A stretch of 53,464 nt of DNA from Nitrospirota bacterium (GTDB lineage Bacteria > Nitrospirota > Nitrospiria > Nitrospirales > NS-4): positions 1 to 53,464 of the forward strand of contig VBOD01000107.1 in the NCBI GenBank assembly GCA_005877615.1, in the 5' to 3' direction. Within the stretch, counting starts at the first letter, position 1. Each line of letters opens with the position of its first letter. Of this stretch, positions 18,060 through 27,539 are shown one piece after another. The notes below the pieces were generated by a model. It saw nothing but the letters and a program-made list of their open reading frames with translations, made no database searches and was not told the origin of the DNA. Position numbers and translations under genes: made by a program.

Positions 18060-18872
18060 ATGGATGACGGCACGATCGAGCTCGGTGCACCGCAGACGCC
18101 ATCGGACGGCTCATCCGACGCGACGCCGCAGAGCGAACCGCCTCCGCCGACGGATGCAGCGCCCGCACCGGCGAAAGACGAATCCGCTGCGGAGACCACT
18201 CAGGTCATTGCGAAGGCGGTCCGGTACGTCAAGGCGAAACGCGGGGGGGACTTGGCCGCCATCATCCTGGCTGGCTCGGCCGCACGGGACGCCATGACGA
18301 GCCACAGCGATGTGGACCTGCTGGTCCTGGTTCTGGGCTCGGACAACAGTCACGAGCTGGTCCGGATCCTCTCCCGCATCGTCGAGATCCGCTATCTCGG
18401 CATCTCCGAGGCCGAGGAGCAGGTCAATACGTCGCCGCGCCTGCCCATCATCCTGCGCAAGGCCCGTGTCCTCTATGAACTCGAAGCGGCCGGATCGCAA
18501 TTATTACAGAAGGCCCATGCCCGCTTCCGGCAGGGGCCACCCTCTTCGACAATTCACGAGAAGATCCGGCTCCGCGCGACCGTTCTCCACTGGCTGGGGA
18601 AGGTGGAAGACCAACAGGCCGACCCGGCGATCGCCCGACATCTCCTCTCGATCTTTCTCGATGAAGCCATGAGCGCCTTCTACCAACTGCGCGGGTTGTG
18701 GCCGGCCTCACCCGTCGAACACCTCCGCTTCATCAGCCAGCGCGACCAAGTCATGGGGGACCTCCTGCAACAGGCCTTCACGGCCACCGACCTCGTCGAC
18801 CAACTGGCGACGGCCCGGCGCATCGCCGACCATCTGTTCAAGGACATCCCCGCCCCGGCCAGGATTGATTAG
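18060..18872 (+). CDS. Pol-beta-superfamily nucleotidyltransferase with C-terminal helical domain
   Basis: AIILAGSAAR....HSDVDLLVL (GS and DxD), later VEI acidic residue; low-complexity N-terminus. Confidence 0.75.
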   Translation: MDDGTIELGAPQTPSDGSSDATPQSEPPPPTDAAPAPAKDESAAETTQVIAKAVRYVKAKRGGDLAAIILAGSAARDAMTSHSDVDLLVLVLGSDNSHELVRILSRIVEIRYLGISEAEEQVNTSPRLPIILRKARVLYELEAAGSQLLQKAHARFRQGPPSSTIHEKIRLRATVLHWLGKVEDQQADPAIARHLLSIFLDEAMSAFYQLRGLWPASPVEHLRFISQRDQVMGDLLQQAFTATDLVDQLATARRIADHLFKDIPAPARID

Positions 18873-18920
18873 CCCCCCTCCCTCACCCTCCCCCTCTGAG
18901 GGGGGAGGGAAGGGTGAGGG
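18873..18920. repeat. CCCTCACCCT...AGGGTGAGGG palindromic repeat between convergent genes
   Basis: ccctcaccctccccctctgagggggagggaagggtgaggg; same type as 9412-9449; contains the SGNH gene stop codon. Confidence 0.8.
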
Positions 18921-19506
18921 TGGTGTTGAACACCTGCTCAAACAGCAGCCGCGCGAGCAGGTCGTAGCCGGCCTTCGTGAGATGCAACCCGTCGTTCGAA
19001 TACGGAGCCGCCAGCCGGTGGGTGCCCGGCTCGGCCGTCGCGGTGAAGAGATCGATACAGGGCAGGTTCCTGCGGGCGCAAGAGTCGGCGATCAGCACGT
19101 TCAGCTCATGCCGCCGCGGAATGTGGTCGTCGAATCCGCGGATGGACGGCACCGTCACCGCTGCCACCCGGATGCCGGCCTTGGCGGCGCGCTCATACAT
19201 CGCGGTGAGGTTGCGCATGATCTCCGCCGGCTGGAGGTTCCAGCCCAGATCGTTGGTCCCTCCGAGGATGACCACCCAGGCAGGCCGGTGGCACGCCACG
19301 TCGCGCTCGAAGCGTTCGTCCATCTCCGCCGTCAACTCTCCGCAGACCGCGCTGATCTGGACCCGCGCGCGATCTCCAAGCCGCTCCGCCAAGAAACGGC
19401 CGTAGGGCGTCTCCTGGTAGTCGGGACATTCAGCGGTGGGCGATTGGAACCCGGCGGTAAGGCTGTCGCCGAAGCAAATGATGAGGGGAAGCGTGGGGGC
19501 GGGCAC
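18883..19506 (-). CDS. SGNH/GDSL hydrolase
   Basis: FGDSLT, ILGGTND, DGLH blocks. Confidence 0.9.
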   Translation of the reverse strand: MPAPTLPLIICFGDSLTAGFQSPTAECPDYQETPYGRFLAERLGDRARVQISAVCGELTAEMDERFERDVACHRPAWVVILGGTNDLGWNLQPAEIMRNLTAMYERAAKAGIRVAAVTVPSIRGFDDHIPRRHELNVLIADSCARRNLPCIDLFTATAEPGTHRLAAPYSNDGLHLTKAGYDLLARLLFEQVFNTTLTLPSPLRGGG

Positions 19507-19516
19507 GCGGCTAGAG

Positions 19517-19924
19517 CTAGTTGGTCTTGTCGTCGCTGCCCTCTGGTAAAGCAGTCCCGACCTGGGCGGTCACGACCCCGGCGAAATTCACCTGGATGTT
19601 CATTTTATAGTTGGAGCTCTCGTCCAGGGTCCCGACATGCCGCTCCACGGGCTCCGACTCGTACTTGAACTTGATGATGACGTCGGTGGTATCGCGGAGA
19701 CGGGGCGTCTTGAGGTTCTTGGTCGCGTTCTTCCTGATGGTCCCCAGCGGGTGCGACTCCGACCAGACGACCAGTGTCACATCCGAAAGGTCCTTGCCCG
19801 AGTTGTTCTGCACGGTGATGTGTGTATCGGTCGTTGTCCAGAACTGGAACCGCGGCGGGATGCTGTTCCGGCTTACCCACACAAGGAACACCACCAGCAC
19901 AAAAATCAGGTACTCTTTCTTCAT
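19517..19924 (-). CDS. Hypothetical membrane-anchored beta-rich protein
   Basis: GGGAG SD, N-terminal hydrophobic helix, ITVQNNSG..LSDVTL. Confidence 0.75.
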   Translation of the reverse strand: MKKEYLIFVLVVFLVWVSRNSIPPRFQFWTTTDTHITVQNNSGKDLSDVTLVVWSESHPLGTIRKNATKNLKTPRLRDTTDVIIKFKYESEPVERHVGTLDESSNYKMNIQVNFAGVVTAQVGTALPEGSDDKTN

Positions 19925-20011
19925 CGGCACTCCCTTTCACCAAAGGGCCGCGCAACGCTACAGGCTTCACAGTATACAGAGTTACGGGACAGGGTCAACC
20001 CTAATATGAAT

Positions 20012-20977
20012 TCAAGGTTCACGGTACCGTCGCACGAGGGGATTCAGCTCGCGAGCTTTGTTGATCAAGACCTCCCCTGCCTCCTGCTGGCCCAGAAACT
20101 TGAGACACGCCCCTTTCAGGGCGTAGCCTTCGGCCCCGTCCGGAACCTGGCTGAGGTACGCGTTGGTATAGGCGACCGCCGCTGGGAAGTCCTGGTCCAG
20201 GAAGGCCACCTCGGCCTGTGCGAAGTCCACCCACCGCCGCAGGAGCACGGCCTCCGCTCCTCCCATGCCGCGATCCAGGAGTTGCCGGACCGTGGCAAAC
20301 CTGCTCCGCGCCAGGTCACGGCGCCCGTTATAGTACAGATCCAGGCGGGCCTGGAGGTAATGGGCGCGGAGGTTGTCCCGTTCCAGCACGAATGCGCGTG
20401 CGACGAACGAACGGGCCTTGTCAACATCCCCGTAGGCCAGCGGCGGCAGGTAGGGCGCCGCCATGTAGTACTCGGCCTGCCCGAGCAACGCCCCGACATG
20501 CTCCGGCGCCTGTGCCAGGACCTGCTCGTACAGATCCAGCGCGACCATAATCGCGCGCCGGCTCTTGATCACGCCGTCCAGAATGGAGTGACGGGAGTAC
20601 CACGCCAGGGCGGCCTTCAAGGCGTAAGCGCGAGCGCTCCAGTACAGGCAATCGAGTCGCTGTTGCGGCACGCTCTGATCCCCGCCCACGCGGGACAGGC
20701 ACGCGTCGAACATCGACAACGCTCGGTCGGGATCATAGAGCAGGAAGTGGGCCAGCCCTAGGAGGTAGGGTGTCTCGCTGTCGGTGAGTGGGTCCGCCCA
20801 CATGCCTTCGAGATGGCGCAGGGCCAGGCCGGGGTCTTTCCGGTCGAAGAGCGCGCTGCGCGCCGCCTGGACGGCCTCTTGATGAGGTTTTGTATGGTGC
20901 GCATCGGCCGGAGTGGCCGGGCCGAGCGTCCCGCACAGAAGCCACGCGCACGATGCGGAAACCGCCCGCGCCATCAT
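20012..20977 (-). CDS. Exported TPR-repeat protein
   Basis: Signal-like N-terminus, several TPR-like helices (YLLGLAHF, ALLGQAEYY, YALKGACL). Confidence 0.75.
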   Translation of the reverse strand: MMARAVSASCAWLLCGTLGPATPADAHHTKPHQEAVQAARSALFDRKDPGLALRHLEGMWADPLTDSETPYLLGLAHFLLYDPDRALSMFDACLSRVGGDQSVPQQRLDCLYWSARAYALKAALAWYSRHSILDGVIKSRRAIMVALDLYEQVLAQAPEHVGALLGQAEYYMAAPYLPPLAYGDVDKARSFVARAFVLERDNLRAHYLQARLDLYYNGRRDLARSRFATVRQLLDRGMGGAEAVLLRRWVDFAQAEVAFLDQDFPAAVAYTNAYLSQVPDGAEGYALKGACLKFLGQQEAGEVLINKARELNPLVRRYREP

Positions 20978-20990
20978 GGCGCAACCGCGC

Positions 20991-21320
20991 TCAGTACTTG
21001 TCATAGGTCTTGATGCGCCCGTCACCGCAATCGATTTCCATGACCACATCGTCGCGCACGTTCACGACTGCCCGGATGGGCTTCTCGGCAAGGAACGGGG
21101 TGGTGAACGTGAGTGCCACGCGCGTCTTGGCCTGGTTGGCCATGATAGTGGTCGGCGCTCCCAGGATCTGAACGAGGTCCGCCCGCTGACCACCCGGCTC
21201 CAGGACGCCACAAGCCTTGAGATTGACCTCGCCCTGTTGGTGTGTTCGCCAGACCCACGCGCCCGCCAGCGCGACCACGCACGTGAGCGCCAGGATCAGC
21301 CCGCCCCGACGGCGCGTCAC
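20991..21320 (-). CDS. Hypothetical membrane-anchored protein
   Basis: TM helix after RRR; LEPG..RADLVQILGAP resembles SmpA/BLIP-like small domains. Confidence 0.65.
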   Translation of the reverse strand: MTRRRGGLILALTCVVALAGAWVWRTHQQGEVNLKACGVLEPGGQRADLVQILGAPTTIMANQAKTRVALTFTTPFLAEKPIRAVVNVRDDVVMEIDCGDGRIKTYDKY

Positions 21321-21399
21321 TGACAGGACTCTCGCTCCCACAGCTGCAACGACCACTCGAGCATGTTCGTCAGATGGTACAGGAGTGAGAAGCCTCTCA

Positions 21400-23352
21400 T
21401 CAACGACTCCGTGCGGTCGCCGTTCGGTGCAACAGCACGGCAACCGCCGCCAGCACGGCCAGCCCCGGCCATCCCCCCAGCGGCGGTGTCTCGAAGAGCT
21501 GCAAGTGATCCGTGCCCAGCGTCGGCCAGAGCCCGCTCAGGGCGATCGGCACTGCTAGCAGGATCCCCATGAGCGCTTCGCCGGTCACGAGACCGGCGGC
21601 GAACAGCAGCCCTCGCGGGCTCCCTGCCGCCGCGGGCTCGCCTGCTCTTCGCCTCGCCAACGCTGCGACCAGGCCGCCGGCCAGAATCGCTGCGGAGAGC
21701 TTCAGCGGGAGGTACATGCCCAAGGCGACCGCGAGCACCGGCATCCGGAAGTCAGAGCCGCACGCCGCCAGCCGCCGGTCCACTAGGAGAACGACGATAC
21801 TGATGGCCGCGCCCAAGCCGACCAACTCCCACGGAAGCGTGCCCCCGAACACGCCGCGCGCCAGGCTGGCCATGAGCATGGCCTGCGGCGCGCTCAAGGG
21901 GTGGGGATGATCCGCTGTCACCTCGCCGATCCCGTACTTGGCCTGCAGCAGGACCAGCACCGGCACGATCACCACCGCGGCAGTCGCCACCCCGACCACT
22001 TGCATGATTTGCTGCTTCCACGGCGTGGATCCCACGACGTAACCCGTCTTGAGGTCCTGCAGGTTGTCTCCGCCCATCGCCGCCGCGCAACACACGACCG
22101 CGCCGATCAGGAGCGCTGCCGCCGGGCCGGCCGGATGGTCGCCCCCCATCACCGGCACCAGCACCAAGGCCGTCAGCCCGATCGTTGCGATCGTCACCCC
22201 AGACACGGGATTGCTCGAGCTGCCCACGAGTCCCGCCATGTAGGCGGCCACGGCGGAAAAGAGAAACGCCGCGCCAGCCATAAGCACCGTCATCACCAGG
22301 GCGACGATGCCGTCGCGCACGACCGCGTGATAAATGAGCGCCATCGGCACCAGCACCAGCCCGAACGGCACCAGCACCCAGAGCAGCGGCGCGTCATAGT
22401 CAGTTCGGGGGATGCCGTTCCCGTACCGACGCCTGCCGGTTGAGGCGTCACGATAGGCAGCGACCGACCGCCGCACCCCTTCCACCAAAGGTCTGCGAAG
22501 CTGGATAAGGGTCCAGAGCCCGCCGACGAGCATGGCGCCGATGCCGACGTACCGGATGCGGGTGCTGCCGATGGACTTGGCCGCTTCGATCGCCGCCACA
22601 TTTTCCGGGGCGCCTGCCCACGCTCCGTACAATGGCAGCAGTACGAGCCAGCCCAGCGCCCCGCCCAGGAACACCACGCTGGCCGTATTCGGGCCGATAA
22701 TGAAGCCAACCGCCAGCAGGGCCGGCGAGAGATTGACGCCGCCATAGACCACAGATCGTCCCACGCGCGCGGCGCCCTCCAAGGCCTCCGCCCAGAGCCG
22801 CAGGCCACTCTCGCCCAGCTTGACAAGCCCGCCGATGATCGCCGCCGAGAGCAGCGTGCGAAAGCCGGCCACTGCCGTCTCCCCGCCCGATCCGACCTTG
22901 AGGACTTCGGCCGTCGCGATCCCTTCTGGGTAGCGAAGTCGCTCGGTCACGATCAGGACGCGCCGCAAGGGGATCGTGAACAGCACGCCTAGGAGCCCCC
23001 CCACCATGGCGATGGCCGCGGTTTGGCCGTAGTCGAAGCTCGTCCAATAGCCGATGAGGAGAAGGGCAGGGATGGTGAAGATCACGCCGGCGGCGAGGGC
23101 TTCGCCCGAGGAGGCAGCCGTCTGCACGATGTTGTTCTCGAGGATGTTCGACTCTCGGAAGAGACGGAGCACCGCCATCGAGATCACCGCCGCCGGAATG
23201 GACGCCGACACCGTCATCCCGGCGAACAGGCCAAGGTAGGCGTTGGCCCCGGTCAGCACGGCGGCGAGCACGACCGAGAGGACCACGGCTTTGAGCGTGA
23301 TCTCCGGAAGGACGACCTCCGGCGGGACGACTGGGCCCGGATCAGAACTCAT
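21400..23352 (-). CDS. OPT-family oligopeptide transporter
   Basis: EITLKAV, NAYLGL.AGMTVSASIPAAVIS, ENNIVQT, YPEG.A.AEVL, DNLQDLKTG, APQA. Confidence 0.95.
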   Translation of the reverse strand: MSSDPGPVVPPEVVLPEITLKAVVLSVVLAAVLTGANAYLGLFAGMTVSASIPAAVISMAVLRLFRESNILENNIVQTAASSGEALAAGVIFTIPALLLIGYWTSFDYGQTAAIAMVGGLLGVLFTIPLRRVLIVTERLRYPEGIATAEVLKVGSGGETAVAGFRTLLSAAIIGGLVKLGESGLRLWAEALEGAARVGRSVVYGGVNLSPALLAVGFIIGPNTASVVFLGGALGWLVLLPLYGAWAGAPENVAAIEAAKSIGSTRIRYVGIGAMLVGGLWTLIQLRRPLVEGVRRSVAAYRDASTGRRRYGNGIPRTDYDAPLLWVLVPFGLVLVPMALIYHAVVRDGIVALVMTVLMAGAAFLFSAVAAYMAGLVGSSSNPVSGVTIATIGLTALVLVPVMGGDHPAGPAAALLIGAVVCCAAAMGGDNLQDLKTGYVVGSTPWKQQIMQVVGVATAAVVIVPVLVLLQAKYGIGEVTADHPHPLSAPQAMLMASLARGVFGGTLPWELVGLGAAISIVVLLVDRRLAACGSDFRMPVLAVALGMYLPLKLSAAILAGGLVAALARRRAGEPAAAGSPRGLLFAAGLVTGEALMGILLAVPIALSGLWPTLGTDHLQLFETPPLGGWPGLAVLAAVAVLLHRTATARSR

Positions 23353-23720
23353 CCCTTCTCGATCGGATTCCCCGCCTCGCGCCAGGCCCGGATGCCTCCG
23401 TCCATCGACGAGACATTGGTGTAGCCCATCTTCCGGAGGTTGTCGGCGGCCAGCGCGGACCGGAACCCCCCGCCGCAGTATAGGACGATCTCGGCGTGCT
23501 TGTCCGGGATCACGGTCTCGATGTCCCGCTCGAGGATACCGCGTCCTAGATGCACGGCGCCCTTGGCATGGTCGGTCGCGAACTCGTTGTCTTCGCGCAC
23601 GTCGATGAAGTGGAACCGCTCGCCACGGTCCAGCTTGGCCTTCACCTCGGCGATCGCGCATTCCTTAATGTGCGTCTTTGCTTCTTCGACCAGTTTCAGA
23701 AACCCCGGATTGTGCTTCAT
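23349..23720 (-). CDS. Rhodanese-like sulfurtransferase
   Basis: IDVRED.E, HLGRGILERDIE, YCGGGFRS, SMDGG..AW. Confidence 0.92.
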   Translation of the reverse strand: MKHNPGFLKLVEEAKTHIKECAIAEVKAKLDRGERFHFIDVREDNEFATDHAKGAVHLGRGILERDIETVIPDKHAEIVLYCGGGFRSALAADNLRKMGYTNVSSMDGGIRAWREAGNPIEKG

Positions 23721-23853
23721 CGTTCCCTCACGTCTTCAATACCACAAGCCCTTGTGAACGTGAGCTTACCCGAACATTCGGCGGAAGGCAAAATGGCCTT
23801 GTCAATCATCGGACGGTTCGGGTAGACTGACGCGGTTTTTCGAGGAGGACCGC

Positions 23854-24204
23854 ATGGCGACACACAAGATCACACTGACCCGGTACGGAATCGCCGAGGT
23901 GCTCAAGTGGTGCATCGAGCGCAATCACAAAAACATTCCCGGAACGGACAGTGCCGCGTTTCAACGGATGCAGGCGGAACTGAAGAAGAAGCCGGACTCG
24001 TCGGATTACTTCACCCTTCACCAGTTCTGGAAAGAGCCGGTGACCATCGAGTTTACGGACGAAGAGATCCACACCGTGGACCGCTGCCTGTACGACAACC
24101 CCAACGCCGAGAACAATCAGAACCCCGCGATCCGGTACCGCTTCTGGGTCGCCACAGAGACCGCCAAGGAAGCGGAAACGCAGATGGAGAAGAAAGGGCA
24201 TTGA
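23854..24204 (+). CDS. Hypothetical protein (116 aa)
   Basis: Strong GAGGAGG SD, typical codon usage. Confidence 0.8.
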   Translation: MATHKITLTRYGIAEVLKWCIERNHKNIPGTDSAAFQRMQAELKKKPDSSDYFTLHQFWKEPVTIEFTDEEIHTVDRCLYDNPNAENNQNPAIRYRFWVATETAKEAETQMEKKGH

Positions 24205-24569
24205 TGCTGCTCCCTGCCGCAGTGGCACTCGCCCTGTGTCTGGCCGTAACCCACGCGGCGGCCGCCGATGCGCCAGCCGTCAAGCCGCCCCCCGACCTCA
24301 GCAAAGGAGAGGCCCTCTTCAACAGCCGTTGCGCGGCGTGCCACGGCATCGGCGCCAAGGGGACTCCCGTCGGACCTCCGTTCCTCGACAAGATCTACGA
24401 ACCCAACCATCACGCGGATAGCGCCTTCTATCACGCACCTGAGATGGGGGTGCGCGCCCATCACTGGAAGTTCGGCGACATGCCGAAGATCCCAGGCGTC
24501 ACCCGGGACGATCTCGCCCAGATCATCGCGTACATCCGGTGGCTTCAAAAGCAGGCCGGCATCTTCTAG
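24204..24569 (+). CDS. Monoheme class I cytochrome c
   Basis: Signal peptide, CAACH, distal GDMP. Confidence 0.9.
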   Translation: MLLPAAVALALCLAVTHAAAADAPAVKPPPDLSKGEALFNSRCAACHGIGAKGTPVGPPFLDKIYEPNHHADSAFYHAPEMGVRAHHWKFGDMPKIPGVTRDDLAQIIAYIRWLQKQAGIF

Positions 24570-24598
24570 CAGCGCGCCGCGTCCACGCCCGTCACGGG

Positions 24599-25297
24599 GT
24601 GCCCCCTCCGTCCGCCTTCACCCGCAAAGAATGGGCGGTGATCCGAAAGCACCGGACTCCGAAGCAAGTTCAACGTCTTCTCGATTCCCTCCCCTATAAC
24701 TGGGAGAAACCCAAGGACACGCTCCGCTCGTTTCGGGGCGTGATCGCCACCGGGATCGCGCATTGCCTGGAAGCCGCCATCACGGCCGCAGTGATCCTGG
24801 AGCAGCGCGGCTATCCCCCGCTCATGCTGAGCCTCGAGTCGGCAGACAAGCTCGACCACGTCCTGTATCTCTTCAAGCAGAACGGGCGCTGGGGGACCAT
24901 CGCCCGGTCGCGCGAGGCGGGCCTGCACGGGCGCAAGCCGGTCTTCCGTTCTGTCCGAGATCTGGTCCTGACCTATGTGGAGCCCTACGTGGATTTCACC
25001 GGCCGACTGACCGGGTACGGCGTGGGGAACCTGTATGACCTCGGCCACTACGACTGGCGGTTCTCACCGAGGAACATCTGGAAGGTCGAACAGTATCTTC
25101 TCAAGATGCCGCACAAGAAGTATCGCATGTCGAAGCGGCGCTACGAGCAGGTGTTGCGGCGCTACAAGGCCTTCCGCGCCGACGATCCGGACGCCCCCGT
25201 GAACTACTACGACAGCCGCCCGACCTGGATGGGCAACCCAAACTTCCCTTCACCACCGATCCCGAAGAAGGTGTTACGGGAACTCAGGTCGTCCTGA
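24599..25297 (+). CDS. Hypothetical protein, possible transglutaminase/papain-like fold; start uncertain
   Basis: AHCLEAA...DHVLYLF...W; coding-like codon usage. Confidence 0.65.
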   Translation: MPPPSAFTRKEWAVIRKHRTPKQVQRLLDSLPYNWEKPKDTLRSFRGVIATGIAHCLEAAITAAVILEQRGYPPLMLSLESADKLDHVLYLFKQNGRWGTIARSREAGLHGRKPVFRSVRDLVLTYVEPYVDFTGRLTGYGVGNLYDLGHYDWRFSPRNIWKVEQYLLKMPHKKYRMSKRRYEQVLRRYKAFRADDPDAPVNYYDSRPTWMGNPNFPSPPIPKKVLRELRSS

Positions 25298-25431
25298 GCG
25301 CGTCGCCGAATCTCTTCTCTGACATCCTTTGACATGTTTCCTCAACTACATCAGACCTTGGCATCGCATTTGCTTGTGTACTGTGGTAGCGTAGTTAGGA
25401 ACACCATCGAAAGACAGGTCACAGTAATGCG

Positions 25432-26502
25432 GTGAGAGGCAAAAGATTCACAGCCATCTTGGGCGCCTGCGTGCTGTCGTTCTTGGTCTCGGAAGTCCCC
25501 GCGCAGAATGTGTTGCTATCGGAGTGGCACGTGGACAGCGGCAAGCGAGCCGTGAAGGAACGCCACTTTGATGAAGCGGAACAACATTATTTCGCCGCCC
25601 TCAAGGAGGCGGCCGGCGCCCCGGGCACCCGTGTGACCGACAGTATTGCCTCACTGGCAGATCTGTACCTCACAGAAGGAAAGCCAGCGGCGGCGGAGCG
25701 CCTCTTCAGACGGGCGCTCGCCCTCCAAGAGCGAATGTTGGGGCGGGAGCATCCGGCCGTCGCCGAGACGCTGAAGAGCTGGGCGGCCCTGCATGCCGAT
25801 CACGGGCAGGACGAGACGGCCGAGCGTCTCTACACGCAGGCGCTCGCCATCCAGGAGAAAACGCTGGGGCCTGAGCACCCGGACGTGGCGACGAGTCTGA
25901 ACCACCTGGCGATCCTGTACAAAGGCCGCGGGAAGTATGACCTGGCTGAACGCCTGTACGCGCGGGCCCTTGCCATTCAAGAAAAGGCACTGGGGCCCGA
26001 GCATCTGGACATGGCTGATACCCTGAACAATCTGGCGGTCCTCTACAAAACCCAAAAGCGGTATGCAGAGGCAGAGGATCTCTACAGGCGTGCGCTAGCG
26101 ATCCAAGAGCATCACCTTGGGCGAGAGCACCCGGACGTGGCGGTCAGCCTGAGCAACCTGGCCAACCTCTATTTCGTCCTGGGGTGGTACCACGAGGCAG
26201 AGCCGCTGCATGAGCGCGCATTGGCGATCCGCGAGAAACGCCTCGGGCCTGAGCACCCGGACGTGGCGACGAGTCTGAACCACCTGGCGATCCTGTATAA
26301 CCATCAGGGGAAACACGCCGAAGCGGAGTCTCTCTTCAAGCGGGCGTTGACGATCCGGGAGAAAAGCCTGGGACCAGAGCATCCCAAGGTGGCCGCCACT
26401 CTGGAGAACTATGCGGCGTTGCTGTGGGCGATGGAACGCCCGGAGGAGGCTGAACAATTCGCGGCGCGGGCCAAGGCGATCCGGAGCAAGCAAGGGTCCT
26501 AG
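25432..26502 (+). CDS. Exported kinesin-light-chain-type TPR protein
   Basis: Signal peptide; 42-aa repeats ALAI.EK.LGPEHPDVA.SLN.LA.LY. Confidence 0.92.
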   Translation: MRGKRFTAILGACVLSFLVSEVPAQNVLLSEWHVDSGKRAVKERHFDEAEQHYFAALKEAAGAPGTRVTDSIASLADLYLTEGKPAAAERLFRRALALQERMLGREHPAVAETLKSWAALHADHGQDETAERLYTQALAIQEKTLGPEHPDVATSLNHLAILYKGRGKYDLAERLYARALAIQEKALGPEHLDMADTLNNLAVLYKTQKRYAEAEDLYRRALAIQEHHLGREHPDVAVSLSNLANLYFVLGWYHEAEPLHERALAIREKRLGPEHPDVATSLNHLAILYNHQGKHAEAESLFKRALTIREKSLGPEHPKVAATLENYAALLWAMERPEEAEQFAARAKAIRSKQGS

Positions 26503-26508
26503 CTCAGG

Positions 26509-26748
26509 TTATTCCCGACGTGCAGGCTCACCCGAAGATTCTCGTCCTGCCTTTCGCATTCGTCGCGTTGCCACTACCGCGATCAGCAAGCTGAACAGCC
26601 ACCACAGCCCAAGCCCGGTCAAGGCGAATGAATCCGACAGTCCCTGGCTAAACGTTTCGTACTTTTGCATGATGAACGCGGTGAAATCCAAGCTCCCTAT
26701 GACAAAGACAAGAACGGCGAGGAAGTAGTAGAACCGGCTACCTTTCAT
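26509..26748 (-). CDS. Small two-TM hypothetical protein
   Basis: AAGGAG SD upstream; two hydrophobic helices; lower GC. Confidence 0.55.
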   Translation of the reverse strand: MKGSRFYYFLAVLVFVIGSLDFTAFIMQKYETFSQGLSDSFALTGLGLWWLFSLLIAVVATRRMRKAGRESSGEPARRE

Positions 26749-26784
26749 GCTATGCAGCATCTCCTTTTATCTTTTCCATCCTCC

Positions 26785-27531
26785 TCACCTACCTTGGAGT
26801 TCAGCGCCGGCCGCTTCGTCCACCAGCCATCGCAGCCGCTCCGGTCCGGGTTGGATACACTTGGCTGGATACTGCTCGGGGGACGCCGTCCCTTCCAACA
26901 CTTCCCGAAGGGCAGGCGCTTTGCGACGGCCTGCCACCATGAAGAGCACCTGATGCCCTGCGTTTAACACCGGCAGGGTCACCGTCAGGCGCCGAGGCGG
27001 CGGCTTGGGCGCATCCAGCACGGGCGCCACCCACTGCGATTGTTCCTTAAGCACCGGCGATCCCGGAAACAGCGAGGCCGTGTGCCCGTCCGACCCCATG
27101 CCGAGCAGCACCAAATCAAAACGCGGGAACGCCCCGAAGGACGCGCGTAGCTCGCCCTCATACGCCGCTGCGGCGGCATTCAAGCCCTCCGCTTCCGCCT
27201 TCATCCGGTGTATGGATGATTCCGCAATCCCTAAGGGACGAAACAGCACCTCATTGGCCATGCGATAGTTGCTCTGCGGATGATCGGGCGGCACGGCCCG
27301 CTCATCCCCGAAGAAGAAGGCGACGCGGTCCCAGTCCACCCGCGACCGATACTCGGCGGAGGCCAGGACAGTATACAAGGTCTTCGGCGTCGTCCCGCCG
27401 GCCAGCAAGACATGAAACGGACGGCGTGCTCTCGCCGCCTGCGCCGCCAGCTTCACGAAAAGCTCGGCGGCCGCCCGCGCGATCGCGGCTACGTCCTTTA
27501 CCACTTCCACTCTGCACGCGGTCATCGGCAT
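26785..27531 (-). CDS. pgl: 6-phosphogluconolactonase
   Basis: LAGGTTP, FGDERAVPPDHPQSNY, LLGMGSDGHTASLFP. Confidence 0.95.
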   Translation of the reverse strand: MPMTACRVEVVKDVAAIARAAAELFVKLAAQAARARRPFHVLLAGGTTPKTLYTVLASAEYRSRVDWDRVAFFFGDERAVPPDHPQSNYRMANEVLFRPLGIAESSIHRMKAEAEGLNAAAAAYEGELRASFGAFPRFDLVLLGMGSDGHTASLFPGSPVLKEQSQWVAPVLDAPKPPPRRLTVTLPVLNAGHQVLFMVAGRRKAPALREVLEGTASPEQYPAKCIQPGPERLRWLVDEAAGAELQGR

Positions 27532-27539
27532 ATTCCGTC

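Noticed and set aside
19984-20012. agggtcaaccct mini-palindrome resembling REP-like ends
   Set aside because: Too short and single; cannot be distinguished from chance
21400-23661. 753-aa OPT ORF suggesting an N-terminal fusion
   Set aside because: The extra 100 aa overlap the rhodanese gene in another frame; the real start is ATG 23352
25700-26420. 126-bp periodic repeats as a CRISPR-like array
   Set aside because: They are in-frame 42-aa TPR units
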